Part shown: positions 54,488-63,643 of the stretch, piece after piece
How positions within the stretch are numbered: the first letter of the stretch is position 1
Layout of the letters: each line of letters opens with the position of its first letter
Assembly (NCBI GenBank): GCA_002069705.1
Contig: MWBV01000003.1
Coordinates: 927 to 64,926, forward strand
Direction of reading: 5' to 3'
DNA: 64,000 bases
Source: Candidatus Diapherotrites archaeon ADurb.Bin253
Lineage (GTDB): Archaea; Nanobdellota; Nanobdellia; Pacearchaeales; GW2011-AR1
The notes under the pieces: generated by a model
The model's database searches: none
What the model was told of the DNA's origin: nothing
The model's input: only the letters and a program-made list of their open reading frames with translations
Made by a program: the position numbers and the translations under genes

Positions 54488-54520
54488 GCCACACTCAGGG
54501 TAAAACCTTGAGTTAGTGGC
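54488..54520 (+). promoter_or_regulatory. GC-rich imperfect palindrome/hairpin abutting the TATA box of the 54-aa/AbrB/CDC48 gene string
   Basis: GCCAC-ACTCAGGG-TAAAA-CCTTGAGT-(TA)-GTGGC: 13 bp with a 2-nt bulge, followed directly by TTTTATATT. Confidence 0.4.
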
Positions 54521-54547
54521 TTTTATATTCATCAAATAAAAAACAAC

Positions 54548-54712
54548 ATGGAATACACGATTAATAATTATAGTATTGGAAAGTCATCTTTTAATTATGA
54601 TATTGCTAATTATAGAGAAATGTATTCTCAAAATTCTTTTGCTCAACAAATGTATAAAAATATTGTAAGATATGTTCCAACTACAATTAATATAGGAGAT
54701 TATATTAAATAA
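54548..54712 (+). CDS. Hypothetical 54-aa Tyr/Asn-rich ORF
   Basis: It is below the track cutoff. The ATG lies 27 nt downstream of TTTTATATT (54521). The ORF ends 7 nt before the next gene. Confidence 0.25.
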   Translation: MEYTINNYSIGKSSFNYDIANYREMYSQNSFAQQMYKNIVRYVPTTINIGDYIK

Positions 54713-54719
54713 AACTAAA

Positions 54720-55217
54720 ATGATAAACGACATATTTGATAACACTATTTTATGCAGGAAATGCGGTAAAAAAATGAAAAAAACAAAATTTGTAAAAAAT
54801 GGTTTTGTTTTAAGAGGAGTGGTTTGTCCTAATGAATCTTGCAATGAAAAAATAATTCATCCTATTGATGAACAAGAGTACAACAAATTTATAAATCTTA
54901 GAAACAAGGAATTCAAAGTCAAAATGAGACTAGTTGGAAATAGTTATGCTGTTTCAATCCCAAAGGAAATAGTTTCGTTTATGAATGAACAAGAAAAAAT
55001 TATGAACGATATGGTAAAATTGTGTTTTGAAGATTTTGGAAAACTGAGTTTAAGTTTTTGGGACTATGTTGATGGAGATTCAAGAGTTATCAAATCCAGA
55101 GAGTGTAAAGTTATAAAGAATAATAAACCTGTTTTACACACAAAACAATTTTATGATTCAACAAATCCTGAAAATAATAGAAAAATGATAATTAAAGAAG
55201 ATGGGGGAGATGAATAA
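54720..55217 (+). CDS. Zinc-ribbon + SpoVT/AbrB-like domain protein
   Basis: 165 aa. CRKCGKKM...CPNESC, then VKMRLVGNSYAVSIPKEIVSFM (the AbrB looped-hinge-helix signature G-x-S-x-x-V-x-IPK). Its stop is 2 nt before the cdc48 ATG. Confidence 0.55.
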   Translation: MINDIFDNTILCRKCGKKMKKTKFVKNGFVLRGVVCPNESCNEKIIHPIDEQEYNKFINLRNKEFKVKMRLVGNSYAVSIPKEIVSFMNEQEKIMNDMVKLCFEDFGKLSLSFWDYVDGDSRVIKSRECKVIKNNKPVLHTKQFYDSTNPENNRKMIIKEDGGDE

Positions 55218-55219
55218 AA

Positions 55220-57550
55220 ATGACAACAAAGAAAATTCAGCTTAAAGTTGTAGAAGCATTACAAGATGATGCCTATAAAGGCATTGCAAGAATAGATGCA
55301 GATTTAATGAAAGAATTAGAATTGAAAAGAGGAGATGCTATAATAATTAAAGGGAACAGAGATACAGTTGCAATAGTTGATAGGTCTTATCCTGCAGATG
55401 TTGGAGAAGGAATTATAAGAATAGATGGTATTCAAAGAAAAAATGCTAAGACAAGTCTTGGAGAAGTTGTTTCTATTTCTAAGGCAGAGATAAAAGAAGC
55501 AAAAAAAATAATGATTGCTCCTGCTCAAAAAGGAATAATGGTTCAGGGAGATCCTCAGGGGTTGAGGACTGGTTTGCTGGGAAGAACTGTTGTTAAAGGA
55601 GATATTGTTGTATTGGGTGGAGTTCAGAGAAGAAAAGATTTGATGTCTGAAGAATTTGGAGATTTAGAAGATGTTTTTGGAAACTTAAATGAATTGTTAG
55701 GAGGAATGGGGTTTGGAAATCTTGGAGGAAGAATTTCTCAGATTAAATTTTTAGTTGTGAATGTAAATCCAAATCAACCTGTAAGAATAACTGAAAACAC
55801 TGAAGTTACATTGAATTCAAAAGCAGTTGAGATAAATGAAGAAAATATTCCAGAAATAAATTATGAAGATATTGGTGGTTTGAGTGAAGAAATAAGAAAA
55901 ATAAGAGAGATGGTTGAGATTCCTATGAAACATCCTGAGATTTTTGAAAGATTGGGAATTGAACCTCCAAAAGGAGTTCTTTTACATGGGCCTCCTGGAA
56001 CAGGTAAAACCTTGCTTGCTAAAGCTGTTGCAAATGAATCAGAAGCAAATTTTATTTTACTTAATGGTCCAGAAATAATGTCAAAGTTTTATGGAGAATC
56101 AGAAAAGAAAATAAGGGATATTTTTGAAGAAGCTGAAAAAACAGCCCCTACAATTATTTTTATAGACGAAATAGATGCAATTGCTCCTAAGAGAGAGGAT
56201 GTTCAGGGAGAAGTTGAAAGGAGAGTTGTTTCACAAATATTAACTATGATGGATGGTCTTAAAGGAAGAGGTAAAGTTATTGTTATTGGAGCAACAAACA
56301 GAGTTAATGCAATTGACCCTGCATTAAGAAGACCAGGAAGATTTGACAGAGAAATTGAAGTTGGAGTTCCAAGTAAAGATGGAAGATTACAGATATTGAA
56401 AATCCATACAAGAGGAATGCCTTTAACTAAAACAGTTAAATTAGAGGAATTAGCTTCACTTACTCATGGTTTTGTTGGAGCAGATTTAGAGTCCTTAGCT
56501 AAAGAAGCTGCAATGAATGTTCTTAGAAAATATTTGCCTCAAATGAAATTAGATGGTGAAGACCAAATTCCAAAAGAAATACTTGAAAAATTAGTTATTG
56601 ACCAGGAAGATTTCAGAGAAGCATTGAGAGTTGTAAGACCAAGTGCAATGAGAGAAGTTTTAGTTGAAACTCCTAATGTTAACTGGGAAGATGTTGGAGG
56701 ATTAGAAAATATTAAACAAGAATTAAAAGAAGCTGTTGAGTGGCCAATGAAATATCCTGAAAGCTTTGCAAGAATGGGTATAAGACCTTCAAGAGGTATT
56801 TTGTTATATGGACCTCCTGGAACAGGAAAAACCTTGCTTGCTAAAGCTGTTGCAAAAGAATCAGAAGCAAATTTTATACAGGTTAAGGGTCCTTCTTTAT
56901 TGAGTATGTGGGTAGGAAAATCTGAAGAAGGAATGAGAAAAATATTTGAGAGAGCAAGACAAGTATCTCCTTGTGTTATATTCTTTGATGAAATAGATTC
57001 ATTAGCAGGTAAGAGAGGGGTTGAAATGGGAACAAAAGTTACAGAAAGGGTTTTGAATCAAATGCTTGCAGAAATGGATGGATTAGAAGATTTGAAAGAT
57101 ATTTTGGTTATGGGTGCAACAAATAGACCTGATATGTTGGACCCTGCGTTGTTAAGACCAGGAAGATTTGATAAGATTCTTTTAGTTAATGCTCCTGATT
57201 CAAAAGGAAGATTAAACATTCTTAAGATACACACTAAGAAAATGCCTTTAGGAGATGGTAAAAAAATATTTGGTGAAAAAGAAAAAGAAAATTTCCTTAA
57301 GGAACTTTCTGAAAAAACAGAGGGTTATACTGGTGCAGATTTGGAATCTTTAGCAAGAGAAGCAGCTTTACTCTCATTGAGAGAATCAATTGAATCTAAG
57401 TTTGTAACTGAGAAACATTTTGAAGGTGCTCTTAAGAAAGTTAAACCAAGTATAACTAAATCAGTTATTGATGCTTACAGAAAAATAGAGGAAAATTTCT
57501 TGAAATCTGCAAAGAGTGCTGTTTATGAAGGAAATAGTTATCTTGGATAA
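55220..57550 (+). CDS. cdc48: CDC48/VCP-like AAA+ ATPase (N domain + D1 + D2)
   Basis: 776 aa. It has two Walker A motifs ([15 protein letters not shown]), two Walker B motifs (IIFIDEID and VIFFDEID) and an N-terminal double-psi-barrel-like domain ([23 protein letters not shown]). Confidence 0.95.
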   Translation: MTTKKIQLKVVEALQDDAYKGIARIDADLMKELELKRGDAIIIKGNRDTVAIVDRSYPADVGEGIIRIDGIQRKNAKTSLGEVVSISKAEIKEAKKIMIAPAQKGIMVQGDPQGLRTGLLGRTVVKGDIVVLGGVQRRKDLMSEEFGDLEDVFGNLNELLGGMGFGNLGGRISQIKFLVVNVNPNQPVRITENTEVTLNSKAVEINEENIPEINYEDIGGLSEEIRKIREMVEIPMKHPEIFERLGIEPPKGVLLHGPPGTGKTLLAKAVANESEANFILLNGPEIMSKFYGESEKKIRDIFEEAEKTAPTIIFIDEIDAIAPKREDVQGEVERRVVSQILTMMDGLKGRGKVIVIGATNRVNAIDPALRRPGRFDREIEVGVPSKDGRLQILKIHTRGMPLTKTVKLEELASLTHGFVGADLESLAKEAAMNVLRKYLPQMKLDGEDQIPKEILEKLVIDQEDFREALRVVRPSAMREVLVETPNVNWEDVGGLENIKQELKEAVEWPMKYPESFARMGIRPSRGILLYGPPGTGKTLLAKAVAKESEANFIQVKGPSLLSMWVGKSEEGMRKIFERARQVSPCVIFFDEIDSLAGKRGVEMGTKVTERVLNQMLAEMDGLEDLKDILVMGATNRPDMLDPALLRPGRFDKILLVNAPDSKGRLNILKIHTKKMPLGDGKKIFGEKEKENFLKELSEKTEGYTGADLESLAREAALLSLRESIESKFVTEKHFEGALKKVKPSITKSVIDAYRKIEENFLKSAKSAVYEGNSYLG

Positions 57551-57614
57551 ATTGTTATTTCTGTATAGTTACAACAATAGTAAGTTTTAAATATTCTTTT
57601 TGTTGCATTCTTTT

Positions 57615-58412
57615 ATGGAAAAATTAGGAGTATTAGTAGGATATGGGTTTGATTTTGAACTTGGAGGGCAAAATAAAATTTGTGCTGCTCTTAAAAATAA
57701 TGGATATTTTGTTAAATCAATAGGCGAGCCTTGGCCTAGAGGTAAATATGTTCTTTTTGGAAAAAAATACATATCTTCAGGAGAATTAGATGATTCTGGG
57801 AATGTTTTTGGAGAAGGGGGAAATGTTCAATTAGGTAAAGATTTTGTTCTAGTTTCAGATAATGCTTTTCATTTTAATGAAATAAAAAAAGATGTTGATT
57901 TGAAAAGATTAATTAGTGATAGAAGTTATTATGAATCTTCAAAAAAGATTATTTCAAATAAAGGAAAAGAACAATATAATGTGCCTGTTCATGTTGCCCC
58001 AACAGGTTATTTTTTTGGAAATTCTTCTGCTCAAGGACATATTGATTTATTCACTCTTTTACTTCCAAATAGCAAAATATTAATTTTCGATAAATATTTT
58101 GGTAAGGATGCAAATTTGAATTATGACTATAATAAAATTTGTGAGAAAGAAGGTCTTAAATTTTTAGAGTATGATGGAAGTAAGGAAGAAGTTTGGTTTC
58201 CTTTAAACTCTTTGGTTTTACCTAACTCACAAAAAGAAAAAGTAGTTATTGATAGTAAGGCCAAATCATTAAATAGGATTTTAGAAAAAGAAGGAATTGA
58301 AAGAATTTTGGTTGATATGCCACAGAGAAATTATCCTGCAGGTAAAATTAATTGTCAGACAAATGTTTTTCTCTTAAAAGACAAAAATAAATTAGACAAA
58401 CTTTTAGTTTAA
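57615..58412 (+). CDS. Divergent pentein-superfamily (amidinotransferase/DDAH/deiminase-like) protein
   Basis: FGEGGNVQLGKDFVLVSDN (compare EGGD...G.S.RTN), QGHIDLF (compare HLD) and the C-terminal AGKINCQTN (compare GG.xC catalytic Cys) occur in the canonical order. The first ATG at 57615 lies 30 nt from TTTTAAATAT. Confidence 0.4.
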   Translation: MEKLGVLVGYGFDFELGGQNKICAALKNNGYFVKSIGEPWPRGKYVLFGKKYISSGELDDSGNVFGEGGNVQLGKDFVLVSDNAFHFNEIKKDVDLKRLISDRSYYESSKKIISNKGKEQYNVPVHVAPTGYFFGNSSAQGHIDLFTLLLPNSKILIFDKYFGKDANLNYDYNKICEKEGLKFLEYDGSKEEVWFPLNSLVLPNSQKEKVVIDSKAKSLNRILEKEGIERILVDMPQRNYPAGKINCQTNVFLLKDKNKLDKLLV

Positions 58413-59296
58413 TCTTTACTTGTTGTTATTATTTTATTTCCGTTTTCTTCAATAAGTATAGTATCTTCAGCTTGAGAGACTATACCTTTTCCTACTTCAA
58501 CTAATTGAGCATATTGGTGTAAATTTCCATTTTGTTCTAATTGAGATAAAGAAATTAAAGCCCTTGTTCCAAAGACATTTACAATCCATCTTGAGCAAAA
58601 AGGGAGTTGATTGTATTCTTCTATGATATATTCTAGTATCTTTCTTGCATCATTATTTCTTATATTCTTATGATTAATCAAAGAGTAAATTCCAGAAGGT
58701 TTTCCATCTTTTATTTTTCCATAACCGTTTGTTGCAAAAGGTTCTATTGCATATAATCCAGCAGTAATTTCAGTTGTTCTTTTATCATCTATATTTGGAA
58801 TTGTTAATCCTGCATGAAGGTTGTATTGTTCTATTTGGTGTCCTGAAAGATTTATTATTGGAGAGAATCCATAAGATTCGATTGTATTTTGTATGACTTT
58901 TCCTATTTTATTTATTTGAATTCCTTTTTCAATTGTTTTTTTTGCATTTTCAAGGGCTTTTTCTGATGCTTCTATTAACTTTTTATTTTCTTCTGAATTT
59001 TCTAAATCCAGAGAGAAAGAAGTGTCAGATACAAATCCATTTACATGAACTCCTAAATCTACTTTAAGCAAACCGCTTGCAAGTGTTTCATCATTGTGAA
59101 AAGGAGTATAATGTGCAGCTATTTCATTTATTGAGAGGTTTGTAGGAAAAGCAGGTTTTCCTTTTAATTCAATTATTTTTTTTTCTATTTTTTCTGCTAT
59201 TTCAAGTAATGGAACCCCTTTTTTTATCTGAGGTCTAATCCATTCCTTTACATCTTGTGCAATTTTACCAGCAAGAATTATTTCCTTTTTTTCCAT
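58409..59296 (-). CDS. map: Methionine aminopeptidase, type 2 (archaeal)
   Basis: 295 aa. AGKIAQDVKEWI..., PAFPTNLSINEIAAHYTP, and a pita-bread fold with the type-2 insert. Confidence 0.9.
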   Translation of the reverse strand: MEKKEIILAGKIAQDVKEWIRPQIKKGVPLLEIAEKIEKKIIELKGKPAFPTNLSINEIAAHYTPFHNDETLASGLLKVDLGVHVNGFVSDTSFSLDLENSEENKKLIEASEKALENAKKTIEKGIQINKIGKVIQNTIESYGFSPIINLSGHQIEQYNLHAGLTIPNIDDKRTTEITAGLYAIEPFATNGYGKIKDGKPSGIYSLINHKNIRNNDARKILEYIIEEYNQLPFCSRWIVNVFGTRALISLSQLEQNGNLHQYAQLVEVGKGIVSQAEDTILIEENGNKIITTSKD

Positions 59297-59511
59297 TTCA
59301 TATTTGGGTCTTTACTTTTATACAACCACTTATTTATCCAATAAACAATAGCAACTGTTACATATAAAAAGAGTAAATAAAGCCCAAATGTACAATTAAG
59401 AACATTTCCTGTAATTCCTGGTTCTTCTAAATATTTAAAATACCAGAATGCTGTCCAGAGAAAGATTAGTATCCCAGTGGATACCCAGATTGTTTTTAAT
59501 GTCTTATGCAT
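59278..59511 (-). CDS. Small two-TM membrane protein (77 aa)
   Basis: It has two hydrophobic helices and a Lys-rich tail. It overlaps the map start by 19 nt. Confidence 0.4.
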   Translation of the reverse strand: MHKTLKTIWVSTGILIFLWTAFWYFKYLEEPGITGNVLNCTFGLYLLFLYVTVAIVYWINKWLYKSKDPNMKWKKRK

Positions 59512-59549
59512 ATTTTTATTAGTAGAAGTTAGTTTAATTAATTTTTCTT

Positions 59550-62012
59550 TTAGAAATCACTTAGTTTTTTCTGTTTTTTTTCTTCTATTATTTCTTTTAC
59601 ATCTATGTTAAATACTTGAAAAATATTTTCTACTGCAGGAAGTATTTGTCTTTTAAGATAGTATTCTATGTTGTATTCTCCTTCTTCCTGGGGGAGCTTA
59701 ACTTTTTCTCTTACTAATTTAGATTTCTTTCCTGCGGTTTCTGCTATATAATATTCAATTAAATCTCCTTCATTTGGCGCTATTGAAAGTTCTTTCATTT
59801 TTTTTGCAGCAATTACATGAGGAGAGATTGCTTTGTATTCTGAAATTGATTTTTTTAACTGAGTCCTTATTATTATTTCTTTTTTGAGTATTTTTCTAGA
59901 TTTTATTTTTTTTATTATCTCTTTTAAATATTCTATTGCTTGTTTTTCATCTCCATCTTCTAAAACTAGTTTTATGACTTTGTTTTGCACTTCTCTTGCT
60001 AAATCACACCAATCTCTCCTTACTGTTTCAAATCCTCTTATTTTTATTCTATCCTGTTCATCTATTAATGCGTATTTTTTCTTTGCCCCAAAATCTCCTG
60101 TTCTTTTTGTAACCCATAATCCCCTCTTGAAAAATCCTTCTAAATCTAATTCCATTATTCCTGGAAGTTCTTTATTTATTTTCTTAAGTAAATCAAGAGC
60201 TTGTTTTTTTGTTTTATTTCCTAAGATTACTGCTATACTATCTGTATCACTATAAACTGGTTTGAACCCTTCATCTTCAAAGATTTTTATTGCTTTTTGT
60301 ATACTCTCTCTTGCAAAATAAGCTGTTGATGAAGCAGCTTCAACAGAATAATATCTTGCTCCGAAAAATCCTTGATATCCATAAGCTGCATTTGCAATCA
60401 GTTTGAAAGCATTACTTCTAACTTTTAAAATAGGATTTGGATTTTTATTATAATCTTCTTTGTATTTTCTTCTTTTCATTATTATTTCTTTTAACAATTC
60501 TGGAACAAATCCTTGTTCTTTTGAAAAATAGACCTTTTCGTTTTGAAATTCTCCAGCATAAGAATTTTTTTTGTCTTCTGTTTGAGTTGATTTTGAGAGA
60601 TTATATGTAACAATAACACTTCCATACATACTTGAGAAATCAAAGAATGCAATGTTTTCATATAATCCTGGAGTGGGTTGAAAAACAAATGCTCCTTGAT
60701 ATTTTTCTCTGTTTCTTCTTTCAATTATTTCTGACCTGTAAGGTTTTTTTTCTGGTATTTCATTGAATCTTTCTAAGTTGTGCAAAACATAATCTTCAAA
60801 ATTTCCTGCCATTGTGCTTCTTGATACACTAAAAATTGGCTCTTTTGTTATTTTTGTTATTTCTTCTAAATCTGCCCAAATTTTTTCAAAAATTTTGTAA
60901 GTTAATTCAGAATCTTTGAGATTATATTCATAAAATTTATCCCAATCTACTTTATTTTTTCTGGACTCTTCTAAAGGACTTAATTCTATTTTTCTTTCTC
61001 CAAGCAATTCATTAGATACTTCATTTAGAGAAAGAGTTTCTGATTGGAGATATTGAGAGTATGCATTTTTTATGAATCGTAATAAGTCAATATGAACTAT
61101 TCCTTTTATCTTTCCTGTTAAGAATATTCCTCTTGAAAATATAGGTTGTGAATTGTCTAATCCAAGATTTAATTTGATTTTTAGTTTTTCTGTTCTTGCC
61201 TTTATGTAAGGTAAGTCAAATCCATCTGAGAAATATCCAACTAATATATCTGGAGAGTATTTTTTTACTTCATTTACAAATCCTTCAAGCATTTCTTTTT
61301 CATCTTTGAATTTTTCAACAAATGTTTTTTTTGAGGGTTCTTTGAATGTTAATACTTTTTTGAAATTTTCTCCATATAAAGAAATCATTAATATCTCTCC
61401 TTTTCCTAATTCTAATTCCTTAGCTTCTATATCATATGCAAGAATTTTTGGAAAGAATTTTGTTTTATGTTTATCTTCTGGTATTTTTTTTAAAGATTTT
61501 AATTCTATACAAAAATCAACTTCAAGGGCAGAATCTATTCCTCCGAATTTATCAGAATTATTTAGCATTTCTCCTTCAATTTCATACCATTCTAAAGGGT
61601 TTAATTTTCTTTCAATTATATAATGTGTGATAAATCCTAAATCATACCCCCTTCTTTTTTCTATTCCTTGAAAGTCTAAATTATCTGCTAAATCATGTAA
61701 ATCTTTGTAATTTGTTGCGAATATTTTAAGAGCTTCAACTGTTTTTCCTAAAAATTTTTTATCGTGGATTTCAATTTTTTCTATCCTAGTTTTTCTGGAT
61801 TTTTTATCTAAACTTATTTTATCTACTTCTTCTATTAAATCTCCTAATTCTTTTTTGCCTATGTTATCTTTTAATATTGCCCAGAGATAAACAGGGCAGG
61901 AATCTATTACACAAACTTTTTTCCCATTTTCATCTCTACCAAATACTTGAATGTAATTTTTTCCTTCATAATCAAATGGTTGATAATCTAAGGGTATAAA
62001 ATTTGTTTTCAT
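59550..62012 (-). CDS. polB: Family B DNA polymerase
   Basis: 820 aa. Exo I (AYDIEA), Pol motifs SMYGSVI (SLYPS-type), KLIANAAYGYQGF and YSDTDS. No intein. Confidence 0.95.
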   Translation of the reverse strand: MKTNFIPLDYQPFDYEGKNYIQVFGRDENGKKVCVIDSCPVYLWAILKDNIGKKELGDLIEEVDKISLDKKSRKTRIEKIEIHDKKFLGKTVEALKIFATNYKDLHDLADNLDFQGIEKRRGYDLGFITHYIIERKLNPLEWYEIEGEMLNNSDKFGGIDSALEVDFCIELKSLKKIPEDKHKTKFFPKILAYDIEAKELELGKGEILMISLYGENFKKVLTFKEPSKKTFVEKFKDEKEMLEGFVNEVKKYSPDILVGYFSDGFDLPYIKARTEKLKIKLNLGLDNSQPIFSRGIFLTGKIKGIVHIDLLRFIKNAYSQYLQSETLSLNEVSNELLGERKIELSPLEESRKNKVDWDKFYEYNLKDSELTYKIFEKIWADLEEITKITKEPIFSVSRSTMAGNFEDYVLHNLERFNEIPEKKPYRSEIIERRNREKYQGAFVFQPTPGLYENIAFFDFSSMYGSVIVTYNLSKSTQTEDKKNSYAGEFQNEKVYFSKEQGFVPELLKEIIMKRRKYKEDYNKNPNPILKVRSNAFKLIANAAYGYQGFFGARYYSVEAASSTAYFARESIQKAIKIFEDEGFKPVYSDTDSIAVILGNKTKKQALDLLKKINKELPGIMELDLEGFFKRGLWVTKRTGDFGAKKKYALIDEQDRIKIRGFETVRRDWCDLAREVQNKVIKLVLEDGDEKQAIEYLKEIIKKIKSRKILKKEIIIRTQLKKSISEYKAISPHVIAAKKMKELSIAPNEGDLIEYYIAETAGKKSKLVREKVKLPQEEGEYNIEYYLKRQILPAVENIFQVFNIDVKEIIEEKKQKKLSDF

Positions 62013-62033
62013 GAATAGATTAAGAGATAGAAT

Positions 62034-62041
62034 TATTTAAA
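62034..62041 (-). promoter_or_regulatory. TATA box for polB
   Basis: The minus strand reads TTTAAATA, starting 29 nt upstream of the ATG at 62012. Confidence 0.5.
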
Positions 62042-62154
62042 GCTTAGGAATATTCATTTTTCTATATTTAGTTTTTACAAATGTTTGCATTTGTTACTAC
62101 TTATAAGATACTATATGTAGAAAAGTTTATAAAGTAGAAGGAGTTTAATTAGGT

Positions 62155-62544
62155 ATGGTAAACAAATATACTGTTTTTAATTATGCTCCAGAAACATATG
62201 AGAAAGATAAATATTTAGTTGATGCTATACATAGGAGAGTGCCTTATTTGAGTAGAGGAAGACCTCAAGATGCTTTAGAATTAGCAAAGATTCTAAAAGA
62301 GTATGGTTATAAGGGATTAAGAGTTGCTTCTAATGATTCACCTAATGCCTTTGTTTCTCTGGATAAATTAGTAAGTATTAATCCTTGGAGAATTATTAGA
62401 GTTGCTAATGATATGTATGTTCAAGCAAATAAAAGAATGAGTTTTTTTGGAGATCCATCTAAAAATCCTGAAAGCCCTTTCTATAAGAAAGGACCTGATT
62501 TAGAAGGAAGAATTGAAGATGATGGACAAGGACGTTTATTTTAG
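62155..62544 (+). CDS. Hypothetical protein (129 aa)
   Basis: ORF with TTTATAAA (62126-62133) 29 nt upstream. No recognisable motif. Confidence 0.4.
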   Translation: MVNKYTVFNYAPETYEKDKYLVDAIHRRVPYLSRGRPQDALELAKILKEYGYKGLRVASNDSPNAFVSLDKLVSINPWRIIRVANDMYVQANKRMSFFGDPSKNPESPFYKKGPDLEGRIEDDGQGRLF

Positions 62545-62600
62545 ATTTTAGATAATTATTTATATTTCTGCAGTTTAGTTTCAGATATTTTATATTAGAA

Positions 62601-63641
62601 ATGGGACTAAACATAAGAGAAATAATACCTAGAAGGGAACTTGAAGAATCTGAACTTAAAGATAAAATTGTTTGTGTTGATGCATTTAATGCTCTTTACC
62701 AATTTTTATCAAGTATAAGGCAACCTGATGGGACTCCACTTATGGACAATAAAAAAAGAATAACTAGCCATTTGTCAGGTATCTTTTATAGAAATATTAA
62801 TCTTATGGAAGAAGGCATTAAATTGGTTTATGTTTTTGATGGTAGAGCTCCAGATTTAAAATATAAAACACATAAAGAAAGAGAAACTTCTAGGGATATT
62901 GCAAAAGAAAGATATGAAATAGCAAAAGGTGAGTTAGATATTGAAAGTATGAAAAGGTATAGTTCTCAATTAACAAGACTTAATAGAGAGATGATTGAAG
63001 AGAGTAAGGAGTTGCTGGAAGCAATGGGAATACCTGTAATACAAGCTTCTTCTGAAGGAGAAGCTCAAGCAGCATATATGGCAAGAACAATCCCCAGAGT
63101 TTATGCATCTGTTAGTCAGGATTATGATAGTTTACTTTTTGGAGCTCCAAGGTTAATAAGAAATTTAACTGTTTCAAGAAAGAGGAAAACTTATAGTGGC
63201 TATGTTGAAATAAAACAAGAAGTTATTGAATTAGATAAAGTTCTTAATATTCTTGAGATAAATCTAGAGCAATTAATTTGTTTAGGTATTCTTGTTGGAA
63301 CAGATTATAATCCTAAAGGTATTCCAGGTATAGGACAGAAAAAAGCATTGGAGATTGTTAAAAAATATAAATTTCCTTATGAGATATTCAAGAGTGTTGA
63401 AGAACAAATTATGAGTCTGTCAGAAGAAGATAGATTTGAATGGCAGGATATATTTTCTCTTTTTTATAAACCTAATGTAAATAATGTTGATTTTGAATTT
63501 AAGGGATTTGATGAAAATAAAATCAGAGAGATTTTAGTTGAAAGACATGACTTTTCTGAAGAAAGAGTTCAAAAGCAAATTAACAGATTAAAGGATTTGA
63601 AAAATAAAAACCAACAAAAAAGTTTAGGTAAATGGTTTTAA
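62601..63641 (+). CDS. fen: Flap endonuclease 1
   Basis: 346 aa. MGLNIREIIP..., the N and I nuclease domains (VFDG, SEGEAQAAYM, SQDYDSLLFG), H3TH, and a C-terminal PIP-like QKSLGKWF. Confidence 0.9.
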   Translation: MGLNIREIIPRRELEESELKDKIVCVDAFNALYQFLSSIRQPDGTPLMDNKKRITSHLSGIFYRNINLMEEGIKLVYVFDGRAPDLKYKTHKERETSRDIAKERYEIAKGELDIESMKRYSSQLTRLNREMIEESKELLEAMGIPVIQASSEGEAQAAYMARTIPRVYASVSQDYDSLLFGAPRLIRNLTVSRKRKTYSGYVEIKQEVIELDKVLNILEINLEQLICLGILVGTDYNPKGIPGIGQKKALEIVKKYKFPYEIFKSVEEQIMSLSEEDRFEWQDIFSLFYKPNVNNVDFEFKGFDENKIREILVERHDFSEERVQKQINRLKDLKNKNQQKSLGKWF

Positions 63642-63643
63642 AT

